Source: Antedon mediterranea
Taxonomy: Eukaryota > Animalia > Echinodermata
Length of the DNA stretch: 64,000 nt
Assembly (NCBI RefSeq): GCF_964355755.1
Contig: NC_092677.1
Span: 62,001 to 126,000 of the forward strand
Reading direction: 5' to 3'
How positions within the stretch are numbered: the stretch's first letter is position 1; each line of letters opens with the position of its first letter. Shown here in pieces: positions 1-13,880 of the stretch. The notes under the pieces were generated by a model that saw only the letters and a program-made list of their open reading frames with translations, searched no databases and was not told the origin of the DNA. Made by a program: the position numbers and the translations under genes.

Positions 1-371
1 ATATCATAGTAACACAAAAGTAAGGTTATAACACTGGTTTATACCATAACAACAATAATAACAGATTCTTGTTATGAACAATAGACAAAGATTAAGAAAG
101 ATTACGGAGAGAAAACCGGAAAGGACTAGGTGCGCTTCGCATTGGCTCAGTTCATAACGGAAAAGGAGTGTATACAGAACGTTTTGATCCGTTAGTAGGC
201 CTACTAGTTTTTTATTTACAAAAAAAATAATTTAGTTTATTTATCTTTAAAATATTATTCGTACAAAATCAAATCACAATCGATGATTATGGATATTAGA
301 TAATTAATGTAATGTTGTTACTGATGTTGTATAACATACTAAACAAAATGTAGGCCTAAAGTACCTATATT

Positions 372-572
372 GGTCAAAGTATTTATCAATATAGCCTCCC
401 GAACCACTGTTGACTGGATTACAATATAGCCTCCCTATCATATAATGGTCAAAGTATTTATCAATATAGCCTCCCAAACCACTGTTGACTGGATTACAAT
501 ATAGCATCCCTATCATATAATGGTCAAAGTATTTATCAATATAGCCTCCCGAACCACTGTTGACTGGATTAC
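372..572. repeat. 75-bp tandem repeat, about 2.7 copies, in ERG intron
   Basis: GGTCAAAGTATTTATCAATATAGCCTCCC recurs at 372, 447 and 522. Confidence 0.9.
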
Positions 573-1107
573 AAACTCGATTAGCCATTGGATTATTATA
601 ACTGCAGTTTTATGATGTAAGGTTAAATAGCTCAATTTCCGTTTTTTTAAACTTTTATACTGATTGTTGTCTATTCCAAATGGTCAGTTTTATTTGTTGG
701 TACCGTACCAAATGTTTCCTCTTTTCACAGTTATTGTAGAACATGAAATTTGGTAAAATATTCCTTTACAGTTGTTGTTTCCTTCATAGTGTTATGGTAG
801 CCATTTAATATCATGTCCAGTCCAATTATAGCTGTATCGTACCATACGGTACGGTTAACCGTCTTAGGTTTATCCATTTTCCAGTCAAATTTTGACAGTT
901 GCGGCTTCATTTCATGCATAGTATATTGTGGTACAATTTTCAAGGTATTCGCAGTACATAAATGTAATGCAAATTTAGCGTTTTCAAACATAATTTTAAA
1001 TAATTATAAATTACGTTGGCTATCGATAAATGATAATACATTAGTTTTGGTTAACCCTCTGTACACAAAATTAACTTAAGCAAGTAACAAACTGGTTTCC
1101 TACATAC

Positions 1108-1486
1108 CTGCTGGCACAATGACTCTTTTTTCAGTAGTTGTTACATTTGGAGGAGGAGATCGAGGTCTTTCTTCTGTAGTTGCTGTAAAAGGTGGACATG
1201 GATATGGTGGTGCTGGTTGTGGTTCACTCATACCCTGACGCTTGCCAACACTACAATCTAATGGACTCTCTGAATCTACCCTAGCTCCTGCCACGCCATC
1301 AGTGTCAACTTCTTGTTTCATACTTGATACACAAGAATTCCAAGACTCCTGGACTGGTGTAAGGGGCGACGCTTTGGTCTTTGCTGCTTGTAATGCTTCA
1401 ATTGATGAAATAGTTGGTTTGGTTTCTTGCTGTTGATAACTTGCTTCAAACATAGACTGGTCTTCACCAACAACACAGAGTGCCTC
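1108..1486 (-). CDS. ERG: ERG/FLI1-family ETS transcription factor, coding exon 2
   Basis: Translates EALCVVGEDQSMFE...SPPPNVTTTEKRVIVPA, matching ERG/FLI1 EALSVVSEDQSLFE and PPPNMTTNERRVIVPA just before the PNT domain. Acceptor tttctcacag, donor CAG/gtatgt. Confidence 0.9.
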
Positions 1487-2331
1487 CTGTGAGAAACAAG
1501 GCATAAAATCTGTTTCAAAATGAAATGTTAATTGAATGGAAACAATTCGTTAATATTATGTCCTGTTGTTTGTCGGTTGTTGTGTACATGGACAAACCGC
1601 TTCAGAAACCTCCTGTTTATGAAACAGTGACAAAATAGGAGGAAATTCATGAAAAACCAGGAAATTGAATAATTTGACATCGGATAATCAATAAGGGTAA
1701 CTCTACACGTGCTAAGCATAATATTACATTTATGAAACTTCATACTAAAACTTGTTTTTCAAATCATAATGACCCAAAATGTAAATGTCTGTTACTTAGG
1801 TATAGTTTCTAAAGTTGACAAAACCTTCAATGTGACTAAGTTACATTGTAATATGCATTGTTTTTGTTATATTGAAGTCCCTGTAATAAATTATAAACTT
1901 TTCTATCAAAAAAGACGTTTATTCCTACTGTAGAACATCCATCGGTTGTAATATGATATAGTATTAGATAAATAATTATTTTAGACTACGGCTGATTACT
2001 GTCCAGTGAGTCGAACAAACTCATAACAATAAAACTGCCATCAACCAAACAAACATAACAAAACTTTAAATAATTGTATGAAATAAAAGTACGGTATTAA
2101 TAAAACTGGCATGCGGAAAATGACGAAGATAATTACATCAAGTAAGATTACATTGCATACATTGGCTAATATATAAATTCGACTAACCTATACATGAGTA
2201 TAAGTAAGATAACACTAATACAAATTGAGTACGCGGTTTACGGCATTGTATATAGACATTATAACGAATCAAAATTGATACTTCGATAATAATAATAAAA
2301 CATTTCATAGTCCCAATTACGTGATTCTTAC

Positions 2332-2346
2332 CGTTTGCCCTTCCAT
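2332..2346 (-). CDS. ERG: ERG/FLI1 first coding exon (MEGQT)
   Basis: ATG GAA GGG CAA ACG/gtaag is a phase-0 donor that joins in frame to EALCVV; compare FLI1 MDGTIK-EALSVV. Confidence 0.75.
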
Positions 2347-2399
2347 TTTGTATCGGAAACCCTTGAACGTAGCAGCCAAAAGAAGAAGAAGCGATCGTT

Positions 2400-2510
2400 T
2401 GGACAGGAAAACTCAAGTCCACATGACGCTAACAATGACTCGACTATACAGGAAACACACAGGAAATCGTCATTTCTGCTTAACCAGTTAAGTTCCTCTA
2501 CACTTCCTTC
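2400..2510. promoter_or_regulatory. cluster of ETS-binding cores in ERG 5' region
   Basis: ACAGGAAA at 2403, 2448 and 2459; AGTTCCT at 2491; ACTTCCT at 2502. Confidence 0.45.
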
Positions 2511-3083
2511 TACCAAACCTCTCTATTGCAAACAATTACCTTAGTTTTCGCAAAGTTTATTTTTTCCTTCTTTTAGTATTTTTATAAAATTTGTTTTAAA
2601 GTTATTATATTTTTTACTATTGATGATTAGAACCTATAAGGTATTCAAATGAATTTAAATTTCTGGAAAAAAATTCGATTGATCTAAATATGGAAATAGC
2701 GATAAACTAAATAAAATAAAGGAGCAAAATCTACTACAAAAAATGCCCTGTCTTTAGAGTTACATTGTGTATGCCCAGTGTTTACGTTTAGTGTTCAAAA
2801 TAGGCCTATGTTTCAATTGAAGCACGGGCCAAATTATGTCACGGTGGAAACAGCAATTACTGCATGGCTTATCTATCAATTACACTCGGGAAGTATTGAG
2901 AACGACATTTAAAAGAGCGTCAGGAAAACAACGAACCATTCCGGCTCAAAAAGCACTAAACGAAAACTATGAAATGCGTATGGTTTCCTATTCAATATCA
3001 AAAGAATCCTATCTTGTACGTAGCCTAATACAAGATTGCCAAAGAAATCCATAATTTACATCGCTCAATGGTAAAAGAAATCC

Positions 3084-3471
3084 ATATTTTACGTGGCCAT
3101 GTCAAATATCCCATCTTTTACGTGACCATGTCAAATATCCCATCTTTTACGTGGCCTTTCAAATACCCCATCTTTTACGTGCCCATGTCAAATATCCTAT
3201 CTTTTACGTGGTCATGTCAAATATCCCATCTTTTACGTGGTCATGTCAAATATCCGATATTTTACGTGGCCATGTCTAATATCTCATATTTTACGTGGCC
3301 ATGTCAAATATTCCATCTTTTACGTGGTCATATAAAGTATCCCATCTTTTACGTGGCCATGTCCCATCTTTTACGTGGCCATGTCAAATATCCCATATTT
3401 TACGTGGCCATGTCAAATATCCCATCTTTTACGTGGCCATGTCAAATACCCCATCTTATACGTATCCCATC
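3084..3471. repeat. about 30-bp minisatellite, about 13 copies
   Basis: Unit ATATCCCATCTTTTACGTGGCCATGTCAA. Confidence 0.95.
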
Positions 3472-3661
3472 TTTCACAGCCTAAAAGAAGTCAATAAATA
3501 GTTTACGTTGTTCCTTTTTTTATTGTCAATAATTGAAAATCGGCGATAGTATACAGCTAATAAATCTTTAATCAAAATAAAATATACAAGAAATATATTG
3601 ATACTAAGAAATCATTAAACAAAATAAATACTAATAATAACGTTTTACTGTAGTTCATATC

Positions 3662-6125
3662 AGAATGCCAACAAGACTATCAAATTAAGATGACAACACC
3701 AGCAGTTCTCCTCCTAACGTTCCGCTGTACTTCAGGTTAGAATGGCAACATAGACTATCAAATTAAGATGACAACACCAACAGTTCGCCTCCTACCATTC
3801 TACTGACTTAGACTTAGAATGGCAACAAGACTATCGAAATAAGATGACAACTCCAGCAGTTTGCCTCCTACCATTCTACTGACTTACGCTTAGAATGGCA
3901 ACAAGACTATCAAATTAAGATGACAACACCAACAGTTTGCCTCCTACCATTCTACTGACTTACGCTTAGAATGGCAACAAGACTATCAAATTAAGATGAC
4001 AACACCAACAGTTTGCCTCCTACCATTCTACTGACTTACGCTTAGAATGGCAACAGGACTATCGAATTAAGATGACAACACCAGCAGTTTGCCTTCTACC
4101 ATTCTACTGACTTACGCTTAGAATGGCAACAAGACTATCGAAATAAGATGACAACACCAGCAGTTTGCCTTCTACCATTCTACTGACTTACGCTTAGAAT
4201 GACAACAAGACTATCGAATTAAGATGACAACACCAGCAGTTTGCCTTCTACCATTCTACTGACTTACGCTTAGAATGGCAACAAGACTATCGAATTAAGA
4301 TGACAACACCAGCAGTTTGCCTTCTACCATTCTACTGACTTACGCTTAGAATGGCAACAAGACTATCAAATTAAGATGACAACACCAACAGTTTGCCTCC
4401 TACCATTCTACTGACTTAAGCTTAGAATGGCAACAAGACTATCAAATTAAGATGACAACACCAACAGTTTGCCTCCTACCATTCTACTGACTTAAGCTTA
4501 GAATGGCAACAAGACTATCAAATTAAGATGACAACACCAGCAGTTTGCCTTCTACCATTCTACTGACTTACGCTTAGAATGGCAACAAGACTATCGAATT
4601 AAGATGACAACACCAGCAGCTTGCCTTCTACCATTCTACTGACTTACGCTTAGAATGGCAACAAGACTATCAAATTAAGATGACAACACCAACAGTTTGC
4701 CTCCTACCATTCTACTGACTTAAGCTTAGAATGGCAACAAGACTATCAAATTAAGATGACAACACCAACAGTTTGCCTCCTACCATTCTACTGACTTACG
4801 CTTAGAATGGCAACAGGACTATCGAATTAAGATGACAACACCAGCAGTTTGCCTTCTACCATTCTACTGACTTACGCTTAGAATGGCAACAAGACTATCG
4901 AAATAAGATGACAACACCAGCAGTTTGCCTTCTACCATTCTACTGACTTACGCTTAGAATGGCAACAAGACTATCGAATTAAGATGACAACACCAGCAGT
5001 TTGCCTTCTACCATTCTACTGACTTACGCTTAGAATGGCAACAAGACTATCAAATTAAGATGACAACACCAACAGTTTGCCTCCTACCATTCTACTGACT
5101 TACGCTTAGAATGGCAACAAGACAATCAATTTAAGATGACAACACCAGCAGTTTGCCTCCTACCATTCTACTGACTTACGCTTAGAATGGCAACAAGACT
5201 ATCAAATTAAGATGACAACACCAACAGTTTGCCTCCTACCATTCTACTGACTTACGCTTAGAATGGCAACAAGACAATCAATTTAAGATGACAACACCAA
5301 CAGTTTGCCTCCTACCATTCTACTGACTTACGCTTAGAATGGCAACAAGACTATCAATTTAAGATGACAACACCAGCAGTTTGCCTCCTACCATTCTACT
5401 GACTTACGCTTAGAATGGCAACAAGACTATCGAATTAAGATGACAACACCAGCAGTTTGCCTTCTACCATTCTACTGACTTACGCTTAGAATGGCAACAA
5501 GACTATCGAATTAAGTTGACAACACCAGCAGTTCGCCTCCTACCATTCTACTGACTTAATCTTAGAATGGCAACATAGATTATCGAATTAAGATGACAAC
5601 ACCAGCAGTTTCCCTCCTACCATTCTATTGACTTAAGCTTAGAATGGCAACAAGACTATCAATTTAAGATGACAACACCAGCAGTTTGCCTCCTACCATT
5701 CTACTGACTTACGCTTAGAATGGCAACAAGACTATCGAATTAAGATGACAACACCAGCAGTTTGCCTTCTACCATTCTACTGACTTACGCTTAGAATGGC
5801 AACAAGACTATCGAATTAAGTTGACAACACCAGCAGTTCGCCTCCTACCATTCTACTGACTTAATCTTAGAATGGCAACATAGACTATCGAATTAAGATG
5901 ACAACACCAGCAGTTTCCCTCCTACCATTCTATTGACTTAAGCTTAGAATGGCAACAAGACAATCGAATTAAGATGACAACACCAGCAGTTTGTTTCCTA
6001 CCATTCTACTGTACTTACGGTCAGAATGGCAACAAGACTATTGAATTAAGATAAAAATACCAGCAGTTCGCCTCCTAACGTTCCGTTGTACTTCAGGTTA
6101 GAATGCCAACATAGACTATCGAATT
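3662..6125. repeat. 76-bp tandem array, about 32 copies
   Basis: Unit AGAATGGCAACAAGACTATCAAATTAAGATGACAACACC...GACTTACGCTT, period 76 (3892 to 3968). Confidence 0.97.
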
Positions 6126-8490
6126 TAAATACTTCATAATACATTACAATCAACTTTATTTCTCTATACTTCAGAATAGAATTTTACAAATTTGAAGGGA
6201 TTATGAGAACTTTGTAAGCTTGACCCTGCAATTAAAGAATAATGCACATGCACATTAATCATATCCCTGATAAGTTTACCAGAGCATAATGTTAAAACTA
6301 TTTTGTTTAGAAACTATTAGTATTTGAGTAACCAATTAACGAGGTATGGGAAAAGTATCCCAAGACGTTTATTATACATACGGTGGGGATGGAGCAAAGG
6401 AATATTTTGTTTTATGTTAAATCCTATTATAGAAAGTTTGCGCTGTTTTTAAAATTTGTGGGGAGAATGCTTTTCCAAAAATTGTAGGAAAAAGGCTTTC
6501 TAATGTATTATTATATCTAACCACATTTTGTGTAGTTTGCATGACATTTCACATAATGCTAGGGAGTTAATTGATCACGTTACGTTGGTTACGTCTCTCG
6601 TCACAGGCGAACTTTCGCCATATTGTTTTTACACGCGATGAGTACCCTAACAATTGTTAGTATACAAGTTACTAAAATTTAACCAGGAGAGCTGAAAGAT
6701 GAGCCTATATGCATTCTTTATATGATATTGCGAGGCCTGTGAACGGTGTGGTACAAGGATGATGTGGTACATCTCAAATAACGGTCCTTATGAGTAGGCT
6801 CAAGTATAGTTTTAACGATTCTGAAAGTGAGCGTACACATTTTAATTGTCAATAGGTACTTCCAGCCAATTATCAAAGTACAACTCGCGAGAACCCTATG
6901 ATCAGCAAGAATGCATACGATAAACGTTAAAAAAGGCGGATATATCAACTCCTAGTAGGTCTAAGATTCGCCTAGTAAAGGTTAGGTATAGAGTTCAAAT
7001 CACGTTGATATATAATAAATATTACTAGAATAATTGCAAAAATACGACTGTAAAAAAACGAAATTTTTTTTCGAATCGTGTATTTCCTCACTTTAAATTA
7101 ATTTGAATTTCTTAGCACATCCTCTCTACTATTAAAATAATGCATTTGATTTTGTTTTTGAAGAAATCGAAACTGATTTCAATATTTGAAAATTTAAAAT
7201 TCTAAATTAAAGGCGATAAAAACTAATAATTATTATTTTTGTAATAAAATAAAAGGTACGTCACTTTACTATTACACATAAGGCCTACTTACTGCTGTAT
7301 GTTCTCGCAATGAATTACTAATATTTTATACAGGAAATGTAACAATACTTACTGAAAGTTACATCAATGGTGCGTTACTTTGCCTCTAAATAAAACACCT
7401 GTCCTTTGAAGGTATATACAAATGTCCTATTCAATACATTACGATTATGCAAAGCTTTTGTCGATGAAAATATAGTGTTTAAAAACATGATAAACGTGTG
7501 CCTATAGCAACGACCTTTCCTATTTAAACATCATTGCATAAAATATTTATAATTAATATTTTGACTGTTTAGCTTACAATTGGATTAAATGTTTTCCTTA
7601 AATATTGACAATCTTTTATATCCGATGATATAAGTTTTTTCCAAACATACCTCCAGGAAAGGCAATATCTATACATACTGGAAATGGGAATAAAACAAGC
7701 GAGCTGAAGCAGAATGAGTTATTACAAATACTAAAGATATAACTAAATTTATTCATGTTTTGTATAATTACTGTTGAGTACATGTTAATACTAAATTAGG
7801 ACTGACTGAAATTATAACCTTTGTTTTTTATTAAAGTAATGTTTACATTTATGGGGCTATTTTGTGTCTGAATAAGGGACAAGAATACAGGCGTTTTATT
7901 CTGTTTCATGAGCGTATAACCGTTGTATTGGATAACACTTAATATTATTATTATTTATCGCCGCATAGGCCCACTACACTTCACCGATATCAAAAAAACA
8001 GCACAATAGAAAACGATAAAGAATTTATAATATAATATTCCTACTTTACAATTGTTTAAAAAAAAGAATATCTGAGGTTAATTTACCTTTACTTGGTACT
8101 GAATTGTCGCAGCATTTGATGTCACTGTCTCCTTAAACTCAGTATTATTATCATCCGACATGTTCACTATTCTGTTTTTGAATACTCAATGATCACGCTC
8201 TTAAATTATAACCTTTATGTAATTCAACGAAAAGAAAGCAAATCTGGCAATAATCGCATTCAAACGTGATTAGTGAATGAACAGGGTGTTTCCAGGTAAG
8301 GTTTTGCCAAAACTTATCCCATTTTCAAGATTTGAATCCAACAAATTGCGTTTAATTAGAAGCATAGATAATAAGGAAGTTGACAATTAAGCGAATAAAA
8401 CGGCAACCTATCGGCCTGCAACACAGTCCCCGCTCTTATCTATAGACAAACGTTTCCTATAGTATTTTACACATAAATCATTGATGAGGT

Positions 8491-8714
8491 TTAAGACCCC
8501 GGCTTTTACTATCCAGTATTTCCCCACGACATATTGTTAGTTATAAACAACACAATATTATAGTATTTCCCCACGACATATTGTTATTTATAAACAACAC
8601 AATATTATATTTCTTGCACTTGTTTTTTAAGACCCCGGCTTCTACTATCCAGTATTTCCCCACGACATATTGTTAGTTATAAACAACACAATATTATATT
8701 TCTTGCACTTGTTT
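8491..8714. repeat. short local direct duplications
   Basis: AGTATTTCCCCACGACATATTGTTA occurs three times; TAAGACCCCGGCTT twice. Confidence 0.85.
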
Positions 8715-10353
8715 TGACATGTTAATTAAGGCTATAGTGAAAGATATTATGTTTGTGGGTTATTTTCAAATGTAGTAGCTGTATACCGTACAAATTTTAT
8801 TTCATAAATATTTTAGGATGGTTTTTCCAAGCTGATCTTTACAAACAAAAAATGGTAAAATTAAGTAAAATCATATATTTATATATTCAACAATATATTT
8901 CGTTTCCTAATAATATAAACAATATAAAACTGTGTTCTTCATCGTGACATTCAAATTACAAACCATTCAGACATTTTCCATAATTTTGGTTTTTTTTCTT
9001 TTAAACCCTTTATTTGATTTTACATTAATTTATTAAACATTCTACTAAAATAGCTTTATAATGTGTGTTTCAATCATACAACTGTCTAGGTCCTAAGAAG
9101 AAAATGAATATGATTGAAACCATGTTTGTTATTATTGTGAAACACTCAGGTGTGTGGTGTGTGCAGAATAGGCATTTTGTATTATAATTGTGATTGCAAC
9201 ATTAACAGAAAGTCACGATGTAGGCGTCACAAAGACTCGTTATCAATTTTCTTTGTGGGTGAACAACAACAATGTCTTAACTTTTTTTTAATAACATTGT
9301 TATAAAAATCTGTAAAGCTTTTAAAACATTTTTTCATTATTGTTTTTTTTTAAGACACAATTTCAACATTGTGTTATAACATCTTGATCTTTAATATTAT
9401 AAGTAAAGCTTGTTAAGTTTATTCTTTGCCTAACTGATTTGAAATAATTTTGTTTTGCAAATTGACTACACCTAATTCGAAATGATGTTATTTAATAAAA
9501 GAAATCTGAAGAGATAACATAACAGTTATTTTTCAAATAGAAAAATATTTCAATATTAATTTCCATATTATTGTCCATTTAAATAAACTCTTAAATTCTT
9601 AATTAACCCATCAACCTCCATTTCAGTACCATAGTATTTAAACCAGGGATAAGTGAATCACGCTCCCATGGTTTATTTCTTTAGACAGAATCAAATTTCC
9701 AAATTTACCTTAACTTTTGAAATTTCTATGATTGATTTTAAAGTTATAAATTAATAATAATAATTTATATATAGATGAATAACGCATTGAGATATCGGAA
9801 TAATGCGCTGTATAAAATGTGACATTAAATATACAGATTCTTGGTTATGGAAAAACAAACTCTTCAGCAGGAACTTACGTTTTAAACAATATAAACAGTA
9901 ACATGGGAAAACTTATGGGAAGACAATTATTAAAAACTTCCTGTTAATTTGACGAGTACAGCTAAGTTCACTATGATTGAGCTTAAAAAGGAGTGGTTTG
10001 TTACATAGAGTTATTGTTTTTGTGTTGTGAATATTGGTGGAATGATGGTTTAAAGGACTTGTTATCTAGATCATCTTTGCAGCGCAGGCAGGGCCATTTC
10101 CGCTAAATGAGTACCTCGATAACCACAAGGATGCATAGATTACAACGCTTTCCGGTACAAAGTGCTTAGGTGAACCTTAATAAGAACTTCTTTCATTCAC
10201 GCTTGAGAACACTAAAACAATAATGTTATCAATAATATAATATTCAAACAACGTTTGGATATTTTTCAAAGAACTTACATTTTAAATTCGTAGTAACATT
10301 GTCCTACCGAGGTCAATAGCATTAGGCCAATAATTTATTTTATTTATTGGAGA

Positions 10354-10725
10354 TTCGTCCGTTAGTCGCACACTTGCGTATTCGCCCGTTAGTCGCACAC
10401 TTGCGTATTCGTCCGTTAGTCGCACACTTGCGTATTCGCCCGTTAGTCGTACACTTGCGTATTCGCCCGTTAAGCGTGGTTCCCACTAGCGACGCAACAC
10501 AAGGACGTAACGCAACGCAACTGAATTGACCAATCACAAGCGATGGCTTATTCGCTTGTGATTGCTAACTGTCTATAACTTCGCTTGTCATTGGTTAAAA
10601 CGCTTGCGTTGCGTTTACGTCCTTGCGTTACGTTCTAGTGGGAACCAAGCTTTAGTCGCACACTTGCGTATTCGTCCGTTAGTCGCACACTTGCGTATTC
10701 GCCCGTTAGTCGCACACTTGCGTAT
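10354..10725. repeat. 27-bp minisatellite interrupted by a MITE
   Basis: Unit TTCGYCCGTTAGTCGCACACTTGCGTA lies on both sides of the insertion. Confidence 0.95.
10473..10651. mobile_element. 179-bp MITE, PIF/Harbinger (Tourist-like) type
   Basis: TIRs AGCGTGGTTCCCACTAG / CTAGTGGGAACCAAGCT with further internal symmetry. TTA is duplicated at 10470-10472 and 10652-10654; the empty site is given by the neighbouring repeat units. Confidence 0.9.
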
Positions 10726-11384
10726 AGGTCCAAACAAGTAAAGTCATAATAAAATATCAAAATATAGCACATTTTTTAATTTTAAATAGTAATTTAAAAA
10801 AGATTTGAAAGTTATGAAATGTTTTTTAGACTAAATGATTTCAATAAATTATGATATTAATGAAAACTTAAAATCAGCTCCCACCTCTAGTTCTTAGGCC
10901 TCCTTAGAGAGAAGGTATGGAAGACATTATTCCTAAACGGCTGGAATACCAAGTCCACGTGCGCATGTTCAACTCTCGATTTTATTATTTAGTTATTAAT
11001 GCAGATTCAGCTATTTTTAAATACTGTATTGTAATTAGGGCATAATAAAAATACTATATGCAATTAATATATGCCATTCAGTGAAGTTTTACCTACTTTC
11101 AAACACCGTATTTCAATAAACCAATAAAAAAATATCCTTTATCACAAACACAGAAATAATTAAATATTAAATTAACAGAACCTACTTATTCACAATAAAA
11201 CTATAAGCCACATACTTTCTATATATTTACATTCAATTAAGATATATTAGAATTATTGCAAGAAAACAACATTATATGCCTAAAAAATGAAATAGGAGGT
11301 TTGAAACGTATCAAGCAAGTGTAAAAAACGTAACAACCGCCCGGTAAACTATTCAATGAAGTGATAATAACCAGAATTCTGGCA

Positions 11385-12214
11385 TGGGCCTAATACCTAT
11401 ACAAAAGAATACAAAGTTTACTGGAACTATAACAAGATATTGTTATCAGTGGGCCGAATACCTATAAGAGTTATCTACAACCAATGTCCAAAAGAGTACA
11501 AAAGTTTACTGGATCTATAACGAGATATCGTTATCAGTGGGCCTAATACCTATACGAGTTACCTACAACCAATGTCCAAAAGAGTAAAACGTTTACTGGA
11601 TCTATAACGAGATATCGTTATCAGTGGGCCTAATACCTATACGAGTTACCTACAACCAATTTCCGAAAGAGTACAAAAGTTTACTGGATCTATCAGTGGG
11701 CCTAATACCTATACGAGTTACCTTCAACCAATTTCCGAAAGAGTACAAAAGTTTACTGGATCTATAACGAGATATCGTTATCAGTGGGCATAATACCTAT
11801 ACGAGTTACCTACAACCAATGTCCGAAAGAGTACAACAGTTTATGGATCTATAACGAGATATCGTTATCAGTGGGCCTAATGCCTACCTATACGAGTTAC
11901 CTACAACCAATTTCCGAAAGAGTACAAAAGTTTACTGGATCTATAACGAGATATCGTTATCAGTGGGCCTAATACCTATACGAGTTACCTACAACCAATT
12001 TCCGAAAGAGTACAAAAGTTTACTGGATCTATAACGAGATATCGTTATCAGTGGGCATAATACCTATACGAGTTACCTACAACCAATGTCCAAAAGAGCA
12101 AAACGTTTACTGGATCTATAACGAGATATCGTTATCAGTGGGCCTAATACCTATACGAGTTACCTACAACCAATGTCCAAGAGTACAAAAGTTTACTGGA
12201 TCAATAACGAGATA
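11385..12214. repeat. 88-bp tandem array, about 9 copies
   Basis: Unit CAGTGGGCCTAATACCTATACGAG...ATAACGAGATATCGTTAT. Confidence 0.95.
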
Positions 12215-12483
12215 TTAGTACATTTACAAAGAGTATCATAGGCCTATAGCTTTACGTAATGAGTTACATAGCTTTCATTTTGACAAAGTAAATAGCTTCT
12301 ACCGGTTAATTCAATATCGATCAGATATGTGTCGGGGCTTACCGTACTTACTCAATAGAAAGATGTACTTATCTATTAACAAGGTAATACGTACAAACAA
12401 TATAAGAGAATACAGGATACTGTACGATATTTCGGGAATAGTTTTTTGAATGAATATTTAGTCACGAGAATACTTATCGATTT

Positions 12484-12912
12484 ATAACGAAATAGTAAAT
12501 TACAAAGTTTAAATCACGGGTGTTTAGTTTTACTTATTAAATAACGAAATAGTGAATTACAATTTTCAGTCACGGTTGTTTAGTTTTTACTTATTAAATA
12601 ACGAAATAACGAATTACACATTTTAAGTCACGGGTGTCAGATTTTTAGTTATAGAATAACGAAATACTGTAGTGAATTACAAAGTTTGAGTCGCGGGTTT
12701 GGGCTTAGAAACTTGCTTATTGAAATATTACATCAAAGTTTAAATCATGGGTTAGTTCAAAGCTTTCTTGAGTAACCAAATAATGAGTATCAAGTTTTAA
12801 TCATGAGTTACGTGTAAAAGCTAATTTATTGAATAACGAAATAGGCCTAGTGAATTAATGTTTAAATCAAGGGTTATGTTTAAAAGCTAATTTATTAAAT
12901 AACCAAATAGTG
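12484..12912. repeat. degenerate tandem repeat, about 55-65 bp unit
   Basis: Recurrent ATAACGAAATAGTGAATTAC and TCACGGGT motifs. Confidence 0.7.
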
Positions 12913-13468
12913 CATTTTACAACAATGAGGTTTAAAGATCTATTCTCCCCTTCAAAATATAATTATGAATACCGATAGACCATTTGAATGTCACATTATA
13001 CTAGTTATTCAATGAATACCGATAGGCCATTTGAATGTCACTAGTTATTCAATTCGACGAAAAAAACGCGTCATTCAAAAGGAAAAATAATCAACCGGAA
13101 GCCCATTGTCTGGAAGTCACCAGGTTTTGGTTAAATATAACTGTTTATTTTTTTAATAAGCGAAATCATTTTTATTGTTGTTTTTTGGGCAAAATTAATA
13201 ACTTTATTAAAACTGTAAAATGGCCTATTTAAAGTCTTTAATTCGTCTTTAAAGGCTTACTTACTAATTATAACGAAATAACGCATAAGTTAAAACCAGG
13301 CGGTTAAGATGTAAATGAAGATGTATTTAGTTTAAGCTTACACTACCGATTATGATATAGTATTAATTTTAAATCACAGAGATTAGTTATTAATGAAAAG
13401 GATAACATTTCATATTCTACCTACTACTGTATTATTGGCGTCAACAAACAAATCATTTCTGTTCAAAG

Positions 13469-13880
13469 TATTATTAAAAAGTATGTTAAATGTTACGTAT
13501 TGGCGATACAAAGCTTAGTATTAAACAGTATGTTTAATGTTAAGTATTGGCGATACGAAGTATAGTATTAAACAGTATGTTTAATGTTAAGTATTGGCGA
13601 TACGAAGTATATAGTATTAAACAGTATGTTTAATGTTAAGTATTGGCGATACAAAGTATAGTATTAAACAGTATGTTTAATGTTTCGTATTGGCGATACA
13701 AAGTATAGTATTAAACAGTATGTTTAATGTTAAGTATTGGCGATACAAAGTATAGTATTAAACAGTATGTTTAATGTTAAGTATTGGCGATACAAAGTAT
13801 AGTATTAAACAGTATGTTTAATGTTAAGTATTGGCGATACAAAGTATATAGTATTAAACCGTATGTTTAATGTTAAGTAT
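13469..13880. repeat. 47-bp tandem array, about 8-9 copies
   Basis: Unit AGTATTAAACAGTATGTTTAATGTTAAGTATTGGCGATACAAAGTAT. Confidence 0.95.

Noticed and set aside
6560-6956. Possible MITE with AGGGAGTT...AACTCCT ends
   Set aside because: The inverted match is too short and there is no clear TSD.
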